Position numbers and translations under genes: made by a program
Shown here: positions 11,011 through 25,668 of the stretch, one piece after another
Numbering within the stretch: position 1 is the stretch's first letter
Layout of the letters: each line of letters opens with the position of its first letter
Assembly (NCBI GenBank): GCA_951406725.2
Contig: OX597814.1
Coordinates: forward strand, 45,012,001 to 45,076,000
Source of the DNA: Octopus vulgaris
Lineage: Eukaryota
Length of the DNA: 64,000 bases
Reading direction: 5' to 3'
Notes under the pieces: generated by a model
Databases searched by the model: none
What the model was told of the DNA's origin: nothing
The model's input: the letters and a program-made list of their open reading frames with translations, nothing else

Positions 11011-13332
11011 CGAAAATATCTTACAGAATTTTATGCCTATTCACTAAAACCAACTTTTATTTATTATATATGTTGGAAGTACATTTGTTATTCACTGTGC
11101 CAACAGAGCTCCACTGGTGCTAACGAATGGCGTCGGCTCTGGACAAGTTGCCAATGAATTATTAGATTCTTTGGAGAAAAATGATAATTTTATTTTTCAA
11201 TTCTTCTTTATTGATGCGATTAGTAAGTAAAGGCAGATTAGAAACTTAAAGAGGTATGTCAGTAATAACGACGTCGAAATAAACGTGAATAATACAGGTA
11301 TCAACGGCGACAAGTAAATTGTTAATTTCAAATTCCAAACATACGAAACCACATTATTCGCCACTTTATTCCTAGTTCACGTCCAAACTGTTTCTGTTGG
11401 ATACCTTGGTGTGGCTAACATGCCATGTGTCTAAAATGGTGTATCTTTTGTCAATTCGATTTTGTTATCAACTGTGCTTTCTCAAAGAAGTTATTCCTCA
11501 GAGTTGCGAGAGAGTAATATATAAAAGACAAGAAACAGCCGTACAACTGTAACTTCGAGAATATGGCTGTTAAACCTATTTTAATCATTCTAATCATAAC
11601 TAATGGATTCTTAAATTCTCACATGAATGCGAATGTTACTTGCCATTATTCAAGGCTTAAATATATTTGTTTTACTGTTATAATTTGTCTTCCGGTTAAT
11701 GCCATAGAACAATAATTGAATTCAATAACCAAATTGCTTTACGCATTAAATTAGTCAGTTGTTCTCGCATTTGGTTTTATATTGCTGCATTCCTATATCA
11801 TCCAAGCTACATCAACGAGGGAAATCAGACATAAAAACGTGTATCACCAAGGTGCATTTCGAAATTCTAAGGAAGGAGATGAGCGGGAATAAGAAGACAA
11901 AGACGAAGAAAAGCGAGGAAGAAGAACAGGAGAAAACTAGTAGTTGAGATAGTGAAGACGGCTATGAAGGTGAAAGTTTTGTTGTGATGGTAGTGGACTT
12001 CTGCAATAATTAATCCGTTTAGCCTCTTGCGTTACTACATCCGTTAAATTGTCTTTCCAATATGGCGTTTCTATGAAACAGAATTATCATTTCTTGGAAA
12101 TATGCAGAGAAAATGGAAGAAACTACTTCACTACGTGAAAAATGATTCCAACAACAGAAAGGTAAATTACATTCTAATTGCTAATTAAAATGCAGTTTTG
12201 AAAGAAACATATTTTATTTTCTCTAAAAATGACAAATTTCAAGATAATAATTAATTCTTACAATTTTTGTTCGTTATTATCGTTTTCACTTTATTTACAT
12301 TTTGAATTCCAAAAGCATTTTAGCATTTCCTAATCGAATTCATGTTATATGCAATCTAAAACTGTCAAAGTTACACATGATTCTCGTGTGACTGCGAAGT
12401 ATAGAGTGTAATTATTTATCTAAAAGCTAAGCAAAGTTATTTTGATTGTTTAAGTCACAACAAACGAATTTATAAAATGCCAGTTACTCGGCAAATGTCC
12501 ACGCTCAGACACTAAATCTTATCAGTGACCCTGATCAAGTCACTTAGATATTCTCATAAAGTTTCAATATTTCAGTGCCTAAAGAGAGAGACAGAGAGAA
12601 AGATGGAAGGAGGGGGAGAGAGAAAGAAGCAGTGAAAGTGAGAGAGGCAGAAGAAAGAGAGGGAGGCAGAAAGAATGAGAGAGACAGAAAGAAAGAGAGA
12701 GAGGCAGAAATAAAGAGAAAAGCAGAAAGAAAGAGAGAGAGGCAAACAGAAAGAGAGAGACAGTGATGACTATGAGAAGAAAAGGGAGAGAAATATTATT
12801 TGAATGTCTTCTTCAGGAAATCAATAAAGCAGATTACGATTATGGAAATGGAAGTCGTTCGACTATCAGTGACGAATTAACAAGTGAGAATTTTTAAATC
12901 ATACAATAATGGAAAAATTTGTCAAATGATTCGAATAGACAGAAAGGAACAGTTTGGAATATTAGCCTCAGAAACAATAATCACGATCAGAAACAGCAAC
13001 TAGCCACGTTTGTTCTATTGTCATAACATCGAGCTTCTTGAGAAATACATTTTTTTTTTCCAAATTTTATTTATTCGCTACCGATGATGTTCACTATCCA
13101 TTCTCATGACATCACTCATCACGCTGATGTATGGTTTAAAGTATTCCAAACGTGACCACCTCGTAGTTTGATCTAAATCTTCATTGTCAATACCAATATT
13201 TAAGGCAACGGTTTTTTTTTCAGATGAAGGTGATTTAGCTGGTATTTCTAGAATTTTGTTCAATGGCTTGTTATGTTTGTTAGTTTCCAAAATAAAAGAA
13301 AATAGATGAACTTAACGAATTTTTTTTTTTTT

Positions 13333-13390
<58 letters not shown>

Positions 13391-14134
13391 CTCATTTGCG
13401 ATCAGTATAAGTTTGTCAACACAACAAATATACCCTGGTTGCTTGAGTAACGAACATGAAAATCAATTATACTGTAAAAATGGAAATTTATAAACAAAGC
13501 AAGCTTCAGGCTAAACTGTTAACCTATTTATTAATAATGGATAATATTAGAAATTAATTTCTCAATTTACTATTTTGATTAACCGCCAATATTCGCATAT
13601 ATCCCAAGGAACTGCTAAATAAATGATTTGTGTCAGATGATTGGGAAATAAAAGCTATAGGAAATTTCCTATCAATTAAATATTTTTAAATAAACGGTTT
13701 GAGGCCATTATGTGGAAGATACAAACGAAATTGAATTACGCTTGGTATCACATAACGTATGACGAAATATATATGTATACGTGCTTGTGCGTGGATGCGC
13801 GTACATGCGCGTGTATGCGAGTTCATGCGCCTGTGTGCACATGCTTATGTGTGTGGGAGTGATTGTGTATTTGAAATATATTGTCTCGTTGTGAAACGAA
13901 ATGGAGCAGATATACTCCAGATTCATATAATTTTTCTTCTCTAATGTCATACTTGTCCTATTCTTTATCAATCACTGTTAGAGGTCACATAAAGTGCTCC
14001 TGTATCAGCTTCATCAACTGTCTCTCTTGCCGAGTAAATGAGGAGACGGAGCTATATGGTCAATCGACCTGTTTCCTTCAGATTGCATCCCGTCATCTTC
14101 AGTAAGGAAATTTAGATAATATAGTCCTATAGAC

Positions 14135-14371
14135 CTATTTCTTTACTACCCACAAGGGGCTAAACATAGAGAGGACAAACAAGGACAGACAAACGGATTA
14201 AGTCGATTATATCGACTCCAGTGCCTAATTGGTACTTATTTAATCGACCCCGAAAGGATGAAAGGCAAAGTCGGCCTCGGCGGAATTTGAACTCAGAACG
14301 TAGCGACAGACCGAATACCGCTAAGCATTTCGCCGCCATGCGTGCTAACGATCCTGCCAGCTCGCCACCTT
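14135..14371 (-). mobile_element. SINE family A
   Basis: Reverse complement of the 8585 and 63783 units. Confidence 0.9.
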
Positions 14372-16891
14372 TAGTGGTCCTATAAAAAGTAGAATAGAGA
14401 ATGGAGTTTTATTGACCATGATTCTGTTCACGCTCCATCAGTTTTGACCTGTGTTTAAGAAAAATAGCAAATCCTTGATGTCAGCAGAAAGATTCAAAGA
14501 TAATTCAAATCAGTAGCCTGATATTTGAAGACATCTGGCTCTATCACGGACCATTTCTTGATGTGTTGTATAACCTCACTTTCTTGGAAACATAAAGAAA
14601 TGCCTATCAATTTTACTCTTGAAACACCGTCACCTACCGGTATGAAAGCTTCTCCTTTCTTTTTGTCCCTGCTTTTATCATCCTTTTCTCCTCCTTTTCT
14701 TTGTTATCTATAGGAACCTTGGTACGTGCAGGTTTATGCACGGTCATGTGTCTGAATTTCGTCTTCCTTGGAATAAACAGATATTTTTTTTCATCAGTTC
14801 AACCCCATGACTCTTTCCTCTTAATTTTTTTTCTTTCTCAGTAATTTCTCTCCTTCGACTTTTTTCCTCTTTCAAATTTTCCTAGCTTATTTTTAATGTT
14901 TATGCGTATAAATTTCACTATATATATTCATACAGCAGGATATATATGAGAGCGCGTGTATATGTGTTGGGGAGAGTGCGTAATTGTGCATATATCTCTA
15001 TATAAGTGTATAGGTATGCGTGTATATAATTTAATTCTTTACTCTTATGCATAACATGCTCTCCCTTCATCCTCACTTCCTTTCTGTTGCTCGATTTTGT
15101 TGCCTTCTAATAGAATCCTTTCTCTTTTAGTTATCTTCCACTACCCCTTTCATGACACTCCTAAACCCTATTTACAGTCATCCAATACACACACACACAC
15201 ACACACACACCTTCACTACTCTGACGAAACATCATAATTCTCTTCTTTACACGGCACGCAAACTTATTCTATTTTGTGAACTTTATTGAACTAATTTAAC
15301 ACTGTCAAACGTGATGCAGAGGAAAGCCGCTCACAGCTATAGGGAAAATGAGTATTAATTCACATGGGCTTGCTAACTTGCATATTAATGTGAGTTTGAC
15401 AACCGTTACAGAATTAATAATACAACATCACAGAAAGAAAATGGAAAATTCTTGTACGTCGAAGTATAAATATATATTCCAAATCTATAACATCACAATT
15501 TAGTTCATCAGGTGTGAATTAAGATGCATTCTTTTTATGGTTATGAGCTTTGTTACTTGGCAACACGGCGACAAAGTCAAAAGAACTCTGTCGACGACTT
15601 CACAGGATTCAAAATTACGCAGATAGTTCGATACGCATTCAATAATACCAAAAAGTTGTAATGTATTTCCGGAGTTCCAATTCAGAGAAACACTTCACAT
15701 AATTTTAAACATAGAGTTGTACTTTACTATTACGATTTCATGTGTGTGTGTGTGTGTTTGTGTGTGTGTGCGTGCGTGCGTGCGTGCGTGTGTATGTGCG
15801 TGTGTGCGTGCGTGCATGTGTGTGTGTATGTGTGTATCTGTGTGTGTCTGTGTGTGTGTCTGTGTGTGTGTAATTCATACTAAAAGTGTTCACGAATACA
15901 TTGAAATATAATTAATCAAGAGTACATAAAGAAATTGGATTTTTGCTGTTGTTGCTGTAAAAAGAAATAACGATAGAAAACAAGTCATGCATTTACTTAT
16001 TTAATTATTATATGTTGGCACAGTGATATATTCATTCATTCACATATGGAAGTGCATGGAGTTTTTATTCTTCAGTTTCAAATATATAAAACAGACGTAA
16101 GCATGAAAGTCAGCTATTGTTATTGAAGCCTTAGTACAAATAAAAACAATTTAAATATATATGGCATTCTTCTAGGTGTAGAAGTTGCATCGTGTATACT
16201 ATTTTAACTAGTTGGTAGTCGGCAGTTTGTAATACTTCAATAGAAATCGCTAAAATTATCCGCAAGAATTTATAAATATCGATCTTTTGTTCAAACTTGC
16301 AGAAGATTTTAATAGTGTGTTTATATTTTCTGAAAGTCAGAGATCACACTTTCAAGAACCATTAATGAAGGGGATTGCATTTTATATAATGAACCAATAG
16401 ATTTTATCATTGTAAATATTATTATCCTTCAAAGTTTAAATACATGGTTGGATAGTGAAAGAGTGAAACGTCCTTCCGGGTGTCTAAACGTATAACATTC
16501 AGCGATGAGTTTCTATTAGTTGCTTAGGTGTTGCATATTATTGCTGTTCTGTATGTGATGTATCCTATATTTCAAGCTACTATAAACATATCTTTACATG
16601 ATTTAATCCTCCATGATGTTTCATGATGTTTAAATATCCATTTAGATATTTACACTATTTTTTTTATCATCATCATCATTTCACTCTGAGTAATAGAGCA
16701 TGCCTGAAGTTCACTTCAGACTTATTGATGAATACGACGGCTATCTAATGCCTACTACATGAGAAATCTAAGTATTAAGAAATAATTTGATTCGACACCA
16801 CAATTACAATAACCCTTATGCACTTCTTATGCATCATTTAGCATTTCGCGTTATAAGAATCAGACAGACAGACAGACAGACAGACAGATAT

Positions 16892-16954
<63 letters not shown>

Positions 16955-17370
16955 TGTATAAAATAAATACCTCCTCGCCTAATGTTCAGGTTTATAGCCG
17001 TATGCTTCTACCTCGTCACCACTCACCCCTCGACAAAAGATTATTTCTCATACTACGATGTTGGATAGAGTTAGGCATCAATATACTGTACTTCATAGAG
17101 CTTGTAGTGAAATGTGCTTGTACAAACAAATATCACTCTCTATATATCAGTTGCTATGTTTCAATGACAAGAAAATACCAAGCTGACTAACGACGCAGAA
17201 AATGGCGGCTTTATATTAGAGATTCCTTCTTTTAGTTTCCGTCAACTAAGCCAGCAAACAATGCAGAAAATGTTTTAAAATTACTATTTTCTATATGGAT
17301 GTTACTCCAAAACTCGCTCGTTCATCATACTGTGTGTTTCTATGTCCTTGTGTTTTATTACTAGATTATA

Positions 17371-17812
17371 GGCGTAGGAGTGGGTGTGTGGTAAGTAGCT
17401 TGCTTACAAACAACATGATTCCGGATTCAGTCCCACTGCGTGGCACCTTGGTCTAGTGTCTTCTACTATAGCCTCGGCCTGACCAATGCCTTGTGAGTGG
17501 ATTTGGTAGACGGAAACTGAAAGCCCGTCGTATATATGTATATATATATGTATGTATGTGTATAAGTTTTTGTGGCTGTGTTTGTCCACCCAACATCACT
17601 TGACAACCGATGCTGGCGTGTTTACGTCCCCGTAACTTAGCGGTTCGTCAAATAGATTAAGTACTAGGCTTACAAAGAAAAAGTCCTGAGACCGATAGAA
17701 TAAGTACTAGGCTTGCAAAGAGTAAGTTCTGGGGTCGATTTGCTCGACCAAAGGCGGTGCTCCTGCATGGCCACAGTAACATTACTGAAACAAATAAAAG
17801 AGTAAAAGAGTA
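17371..17812 (+). mobile_element. SINE family B with a small internal tandem duplication
   Basis: ggcgtaggagtgggtgtgtggtaagtagcttgc...ggattcagtcccactgcgtggcacc head. aagtactaggctt(a/g)caaag is duplicated near 17659 and 17702. Tail is (taaaagag)n. Confidence 0.9.
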
Positions 17813-17997
17813 AGAGAGATATTCGTTGACTCTGTAGAGGTTTCTTCTACGTTTTGGCGTCTTGTATTTCTCCTACTGTGTTTCAACCTACTGAAACAGA
17901 GTGAATGAATTAAGTCGACAACGACCTGAACGTGAGTACATGTTGTACTGAGCTACATGTTGCATGTTATCAATAGTTTCGAATTGAACCCGAAATA

Positions 17998-18215
17998 CGA
18001 GGGGAGCTGAAAAGTTCATGGCTTTAAGGGTGTCGCGAAAGACCTGGTTGCAGGCCCAGCCTTCTGAGTTCTTTTATAGGGATTAAAAAAAAAACTAAAG
18101 GATCGCTACTATAAGTGTATAGATCTGAGAGGGGAATATTTTGAATGAAACCATTATTAACTGACTGTCCTGTACTTTCTTTCACCCAAAGCCAGGAACT
18201 TTTCAGCGTCCCGCG
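17998..18215. mobile_element. Mariner-type MITE, 218 bp
   Basis: TIRs cgaggggagctgaaaagttcatggcttt and aaagccaggaacttttcagcgtcccgcg, flanked by TA on both sides. Confidence 0.85.
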
Positions 18216-18582
18216 TATGTGTGTGCGTGTGCGTGCGTGCACACGTGTGTATGTGTAGCGAACGTGGAATAAATGTTTTTCCTGGGTGAAATAAATGTTT
18301 CCCCACCCCCAGTTACGTGGAAACATAACTTGCAAAAAACATAGTTACTCAACTGCTATGCTTACAATCAAAGTGAAAAGGAAATACATAATTCGAAGAA
18401 ATATAAAGAAAATATACATGTATGTGTGCGTGTGTGTGTATGTGTGTGCGCGCGTGCCAATATTTATGTATATGTTTGTGTTTTATGTATGTATTTGTGC
18501 ATATATATATACATACTTTACCGAAATATATTTATATAACTACAAATATTATAAATATATAGGTATGTAATTATATATATTC

Positions 18583-18945
18583 TTTTATTCTTTTTTCTGT
18601 CATTTGACTGTGGCCATACTTGAGCAAAGCTTCAAATGGTGTTAGTCCAAGAAATCGATCCCAGGACTAATTCTTTGTAAGCTTAGTACATATTTTATCG
18701 GTCTTTTGCCAAACCACAAATTTGCGAGGACGAAAGCACACCCGCATCAATTGTCAAGCGATGGTGGGCAGACAAATACAAAGACACACACACACATGAA
18801 TATATGCATATATATAGATACGACAGGCTTCTTTCAGTTTCCATCTACCATATCTACCCACAAGGCTTGGTAAAGGCGCCACGTAGTGGGATTGAATCGA
18901 AGCCATGTGATCGGGAAGGAAGCTTCTTACCACGCAGTCACGCCT
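18583..18945 (-). mobile_element. SINE family B, diverged
   Basis: Reverse complement matches the family B head, body and tail. Confidence 0.8.
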
Positions 18946-19013
18946 ATATGTATATGCATATATATCTATATCTATATCTATATAACAGTACATATATGTA
19001 TATGTATGTGTGC

Positions 19014-19050
<37 letters not shown>

Positions 19051-19238
19051 TACATATACCTGTGCGCATGTATCCTGTTATATACCATATTGCCACACAG
19101 TACATTGTGCTAACGTCAAAGAGACATTACTCGTTATATAATAATCTATTCTAACGTACGCAGTGCACTGTACCCATGTACATATGTTTGCATCTACAGA
19201 TATATGTAGTTACGTATATACAGACATGTGTGCGTATG

Positions 19239-19273
<35 letters not shown>

Positions 19274-19334
19274 TTATGTATAACTACCTACAAAATATAT
19301 GATGATATATATACGCATATGTATAACAGTATAT

Positions 19335-19393
<59 letters not shown>

Positions 19394-20632
19394 CATATAT
19401 ATTTAAAGATAGATAGATATGTGGATGTATGTATATATATATAGCACATCAGTATAGTGCATGTGATAGAATCCATTATTCTATAAACAGTAATGTTTTC
19501 TATGTTAGCTCAGTGTAATGTTTGTGGCAACACAGTTTCCCATTCTACTGAAAGTATAATTTAATCTATGTGACAGTATATTTTACTCTTAATGTATGTA
19601 TTCTTATTGTATATGCCTATAGTTTACTGTGTGTTGTTAGGTAATCTACTTTGTAGCTTAAATCTTGAGACTGAAAGAGTGTTTCACATCAAATATGCAT
19701 TTGTCTGTATCTGCTCTTTGATGAGACGTTAATTTCACTTACATTCTTGTGTGTATCTGAAATGACATTGACGTTTTGCCAAAACTTCAGTCACTGCACC
19801 AATTTACTAACAGAATTACTCTGGTTGCAATGAACAGAATTAAATTCCCACGGAAACTAAGTTGGAAATTATTCTCTCTAAATTATAGTCGAATCTTTTC
19901 TGCCAAAAGTAGTTACTATTATATTACAAAGACTTATTTTGAGACAAATATAAATTTGTTCTCATTCAGAATTGTTACGGGGGCAGTCGTTGGCCAAGTG
20001 GATATTGGTAATGCCTGTCAGCCTGCGCTTTGACTTTGATAAACGCACTTTTCGAGGACGAAAGCTATCTAGTGTTTATAATAAATATATTGGAATGTTA
20101 AAGCGCATTTCCTTTGTGGAAACAATGTGATTGATGAATATTTAGGATGTGTCATTAGCTTGTGGTGGTGAGCTTAAATTGATGAGTCAAAACTACCAAC
20201 TATTAGAGTTGCTCTTATTTATTTCCTGGTCATCACATGCTTTTGTCTATGCTTCAGGTAATACGCAGCTATCTAGTGTACCCATATTATTTTAAGACGA
20301 TAGCTCTGATTTGAAGGAGATTTGAGTGCTATTTCTAGAATGGTGAACTTCCATGTAGAAAGTCCATAGTGGAGTGGATTATTGGCGTGCATCAAAATAA
20401 TTTATTATTCTGAATTGAGGGAGGAATTCGCAGGGGTGATAACACGGTAACTTCTACTCATCACTATTCTCCTCGAAAAGTGATGAGAAAAATGTGTGTG
20501 TATGCATGCATGTATGTATGTATGTATGCATGCATGCATGCATGTATGCATGTATGTATGTATGTATGTATGTATGTATGTATGTATGTATGTATGCATG
20601 CATGTATGTATGTATGTATGTATGTATGTATG

Positions 20633-20664
<32 letters not shown>

Positions 20665-20749
20665 GTTAATCCAAACATGAAAACACAAAGAGAAAACACA
20701 ACGCGAGGACGTGGAACAATTATAGTGCAAACCATAAATATATTTACGG

Positions 20750-20852
20750 CCTAGAGTTTAGAGTGTCACACATGATCACTAGATTGTGGGCTCGATTCCC
20801 GGAACGGGCGGTGTGTTGTGTTCTTGAGCAAAACACTTCATTTCATGTTGCC
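20750..20852 (+). mobile_element. CORE-type SINE fragment (family C)
   Basis: ggctcgattcccgg...gtgttcttgagcaaaacacttcatttcatgttg, homologous to 32071-32335. Confidence 0.6.
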
Positions 20853-21550
20853 CTGCGGATGAGAGTGTGGTAGAAACATTGTCGCGTCGGCAGTAATGCA
20901 TTACAATATATCTTCCGGCTTACTATATTCTGAGTTCAAAACCTCACCTACCTGTAGAAGGCAATAGTAAAACACTTCAGTATTCATCCTAAGTCTATTC
21001 AGGGTGGCCAAAGTTCCAGTAATTTACTAAACAGCGGCAGAGGAGGGTACAGGGCCTCCAAGTTGTATAGAGAGTGCTGGAGAAGGTTCACATGCTCAAG
21101 ACCTGCCCAAGGGCATACCATCACTAGACTTGATGAAAGTCACATTCTAAAACTTGCAATAGCAATTAAGTACTTTAGTTGGAGAAGATGGCTGACTTCT
21201 ACGTATTAGAAGTGGTGTTCATTTGTATGAATTTGGCGGTTGTGTTAGAGAGATATCGCATCATTCACTGGTTTAGAATTCTGTACGAAATAGAGGTGAA
21301 CCTCCGTTGTGCAAACGTTTTCTCTAGTACTCACAGACAACCAGCTGCAATGCACAGAAAAGGGTTGTCTAAAGTAGGTATTATCACAAAAAATCATGCT
21401 TTCGGAAATTTTCATTCCTTACTGCAAGTCAGGTTACTGTAATTCTTAGTCGCTTATAAGGTTTTATGAATAATCTTCCACTAATGCAGTCTATCACCTG
21501 TTTGTTGGGGGTTCTGTATTATGTATATATATACATGCATACATACATAC

Positions 21551-21647
<97 letters not shown>

Positions 21648-21855
21648 GTAAAATGAAAAACTACAGAAGGCTTGTTTTAAAAGGTTAAAAAATATATTTG
21701 AGTCATTATGTCAGAAGAATGTTATAAAATGTTTTCATACATCGTGTTATGACTTCGTTATGAAGTGTAAAGAAGAGTTCCGGGTAAGGGGAGGTTATAA
21801 GTGATTTCTTCCGGTGTAAGGGAGATAATCGCTTTATATTTCTTGCCACTTTTAC

Positions 21856-22290
21856 TTAATGGGGTGAGTTTCTCTGTATAAGAATGTTAGAGTGGTTAAG
21901 TTTGGGCTTATATTTTTCAATGAAGAATGTTTCCTTGTTTAGTCTAATTTGTGTTGGTGTTCCAATAGCACATTGATAAAATGGAAAGATTAAAAATTGT
22001 GGTAGTAGTTGCTTTGCGCATTTCTCAATATGCTCACTAAAGGGTATCATTCTGTATTCTGGGAATGCAATCTGTTGTCGATGCAGTGTGCATCTACGTC
22101 TGAGTGATAGTCCCGTGGACCCCACGTAGTTTTGGTGGCAGCCCGAGCATCTTATGACATAAATTATGTTTTCAGAAGCACAAGTAAAATTAGATTTGAT
22201 CTTGAATGTTTGTCCCTCTTTGAAGAGGAATTCTGATCCTTCTAGAAGGTTTGGGCATGTTGCGCAGTTTGGTCTACCACATTTTTTTTA
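21856..22290 (-). mobile_element. Penelope-like element 3' fragment: Zn-finger linker and GIY-YIG endonuclease
   Basis: Minus frame reads KCGRPNCATCPNL...NFTCASENIIYVIRCSGCHQNYVGSTGLSLRRRCTLHRQQI...RLNKETFFIEKYKPKLN. Confidence 0.88.
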
Positions 22291-22354
22291 CTTTTGCATC
22301 CGTAATCTCACAGCTGCATTCTTGTTACATGAGAAAAGCAATTGCCAAGAAGAC

Positions 22355-22730
22355 TTACTGAAATGATTCATGATTGTTGCCATGTGATGCCCTTATATGA
22401 CTTTTAAGTCTGGCTAAGCTTTTACACATTTTATTACATACTAGACAACTGTACTGGCTGGCAGGAGAAACAGGTGCCACCATATGCACTCTCTTAACAT
22501 GTTTTTTTAGACCTCCAACTGAGAGGCACACCATTCCACATTTTACACACGTTCTGTTGTGAATTTTAATAGCCACATCATTGTTTCTCATGGGTCGATT
22601 TCTATGAGAATTTTGATGGCTCACCAGGCCTTCAGGACTCAAACACCTCCGCCCACAAACCACACACATAAAAAGCAACACTCACTTTCCACAGGTTCCC
22701 TCTTCTAAGCTCCTTCCTAATTCTCTCATA
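22355..22730 (-). pseudogene. Three C2H2 zinc fingers, probably the C-terminus of an RTE-type LINE ORF
   Basis: CVVC...HQNSH, CVKC...HVKRVH and CLVC...HIRASH. The CxxCGRxCLSxxGLxSH pattern is typical of RTE C-termini, and there are no TGEKP linkers. Confidence 0.6.
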
Positions 22731-22766
<36 letters not shown>

Positions 22767-22929
22767 AAACCTTGAACAACCAGCATGCACTATCTTCTTC
22801 TATCCATCACGGTCTTGTGCCTCTCTCTCCCAATTACCAGCTATTACAGCAATTTTAAGGCAATCTTAAACCTTGGTTTAGGCTTATGTGCTGGTCTCCT
22901 TCCATCTTCCAGCTCACCATACAATAGAA

Positions 22930-24027
22930 TGTCACTTCTGGTCCTTAGCCAAAAACTGAAGCAAGTACGATTTCAAGTATTCATCATTATTGAAAGATTT
23001 ACTATTCAAAGAATTTTGCAAACTTCGAAATAAATTGTAATCTGATGGTGCAAGGTCAAGGCTATATGGTAAATGTGACGTCACTTCCCAACCAATCTCC
23101 AATAATTTTTCACGAGTTAACAAAACGTGTGTGATCTAGTGTTGTCATTGTGGAACACGATTTCTTTATGATTTGCCAATTTTGGCGGTGTTTCTTTGAC
23201 TGCTTCTTCCAGTTTCATTCCTCGTTGACAGTAACCATCTGAATTGATCGCTTGGTTCCTTGGAAGCAGCTCAAAATACACAACACCTTTGTAACCCCAC
23301 CAAATCGACAGCATTACCTTTTTTGATGTAATTCAGCTTTCGATATGGTTTGTGTTGGTTCATTACGCTTGGACTGTGATCGTTTTCGATTGATGTTTTT
23401 GTAGACAATCAAACTTTTTCCTCATCAGTGATGATTCGTTTTAAAAAAGGATCGATTTCATTCCGTTTGAGATACATATCGCAAATATTGTTTCATTGTG
23501 TTAAGTGAATTTCTTTCAATTTCTGTGGAACCCAAATATCGAGCTTCTTAACGAGTCCAAGACATTTTAAGTGATTTTTAAATGTTGTGCGCAATCTCTC
23601 GCACAGTTATATGCCAATCAACTTGAATTATGGCTTTGAATCGGTCATCAACTTCAGTAGTTGTCATCTCAACTCCAGAACGTTGGTCATCTCTGAATGA
23701 AAAATCTCATCTCCAGAACGGAATTTTGTGAGTTCTGTTAAGCAACCAACACTATAAACTTCAGATATCTTTTTGTGAGCCTCCGCAAATAAAAATAAAA
23801 ATAAAAAAAGCAAAATATGTCGAAAATGTTTGTTTTGCACTCCATGTTAAAATTGACACTGAACTAACAACTGTAAACAAAATTATGCACAATGTGCTTC
23901 TAAAGTTAGCTAAAAGCAACGACTATCATATGTCAAAATGAGAAAATCATAACATTGGCAAAATTCATTTAAAAAATCGTAACTCTATCTATTTGCGAAA
24001 AAAGAAATTACTTTCTTACCAACCCAA
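22930..24027 (-). mobile_element. Decayed mariner transposon, 3'-truncated
   Basis: TIR ttgggttggtaagaaagtaatttc plus TA at 24027-24029. Fragments MLSIWWGYKGVVYFELL, FHNDN and HLPYSLDLAPSDY (DD34D-type). Confidence 0.92.
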
Positions 24028-24480
24028 TATTTATCTACTAGCCTTGAAGGCTCCTTTCGGGAGGCATTCAGGCAAGCTCTTGTGGAGGGCAATTTTGGGA
24101 CCTTTGGCCCCACTATCGGGCCGCTTTCTGGGAATCTACCCTTGTGTAATATAATGGACTCGGTCACATTCATTGTATATGTATCTCCTGGTATTAATTA
24201 TCCGATACCCCTTCCCAAACTCCCTACCCGACATATATCCACACATCCATACCCATATACTCAATACCTACACCTCACTCACACCCATACCTAAAATCCA
24301 TGTCCCATTAACTTGTTTCTGCGAATATGCTAAGCAGTGATGCTGATCATATTTTCATCAATAAGCTTAGGAGTGAGGTAGATGCAATAAAAATAGGTGG
24401 GCGTCAGTGGGCTGCAACCACTGCTGCTGCTACCACCGGTGCTGCTGCCACTACTACTACTGCTGTTGCTACTACATCTC

Positions 24481-25170
24481 TTACCAAATTCGAAGAGAAA
24501 ATCAAACTGGAGGAGTAGAATTGAAACTGCGATTGAATCATTGCGAAGGGAGATATTAATATTAACCGACCTAATCTCTGGAAATGGTGTAAGATCAGGA
24601 AAAGGCAGGAAGATTGTGAGAAAATATAGACTCTCAACAAGAGAAGAACTAATGTCAGCGAAAGATACACTTAAACAAAAAGTTCAAGCAAAAGCTCAGA
24701 GAATACGCAGATTTGAGAAAAGAATCAAATACTACAAGCAAAATAAGATGTCCAAATCCAATGCCAAATCATTTTACAGGGAAATAGGGAAAGGAATAAT
24801 AACCATTGAAAATACACCCCTAAAGGAAGAAGCTGAAAACTTTTGTAAAGGGATCTGCAGTGATGAGAAACCATACAATGAAAATGAAGACAGGGTCAAA
24901 CGTACCCAAGATACCTACAAAAATCTACAAGAACAGGTATGGGAAGATATCTCAATCGCCGACCTAAGGAGGGCACAATGAAGGCTCATAAATGGAAATT
25001 CCCTGGTATTGATAGAGTACCAAATTTCTGGCTCTCATCACTCTCGTCCGCATACAAAATCTTAGTAATACTATTTAAAAGTATTATGGAAGACCCGGAA
25101 AAAACTCCCCATTTGATGGCAAATGGTATTACTTACCTCCTCCCCAAAAATAACTAAACCAAAGACCAAT
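24481..25170 (+). mobile_element. R4/Dong-type non-LTR retrotransposon, upstream ORF fragment (pre-RT to early RT)
   Basis: WRSRIE...LKQKVQAKAQRIRRF...FYREI, followed by HKWKFPGIDRVPNFWL and GITYLLPK. Confidence 0.8.
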
Positions 25171-25194
25171 AATTTCTGTCTGTATTAGAGCATG

Positions 25195-25668
25195 TTATTA
25201 TTATTATTATTATTATTCTGTAGTATATTTTTTATATCGTGCTTTCACTTCACTAACGAGCACAACTCTGTGTGCCTTGGGTATGTGCTGTGATTTGTTG
25301 TAATGCTCTGATGGTTATTGTATGGAAAGTGTTCTGCGTAGGATGTGTGCAGTGCCTAGTAGTGCAATTTTCTGTATGTTATATATGTTTGTAAGTCCTG
25401 GTATTTTTGTTATGTATTTGTCTGAATATGTTTTTATCATGCCTAATGCACCTATTATGATAAGAATTGTTTCTGCTTTTAGATTCCACGTTCTGGTTAC
25501 CTCTATTTTCAGGTCTTTGTACTTTGAAAGTTTCTCCATTTCTTTTAGAGACACGTCGTCATCCGCTGGTACTGATACATCAATTAGAAAACATTTTTTT
25601 TCTTCATGATCTCTGACAACTATATCTGGTCTGTTGGCCTTAATTTCTCTATCTGTGTGTATCGGCAT
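25195..25668 (-). mobile_element. R4/Dong-type LINE 3' end (restriction-like endonuclease), diverged copy
   Basis: ANRPDIVV...LIDVSVP...EKLSKYKDL...IGALG...QKIALLGTAHILRRTL, then 3' UTR and a short (TAA)n tail. Confidence 0.92.

Noticed and set aside
13078-13290. 70-aa minus-strand ORF of normal complexity as a host exon
   Set aside because: The polypyrimidine tract is not followed by AG, the donor is weak, and no domain was recognised.
20980-21440. RTE-like remnants here and at ~43750-44450 (minus strand)
   Set aside because: Only fragmentary motif resemblance by eye, and the boundaries cannot be supported.
21690-21770. Hammerhead downstream of the PLE endonuclease
   Set aside because: An AGTCAT/ATGACT stem is in the expected place, but both core strands are too mutated to call.
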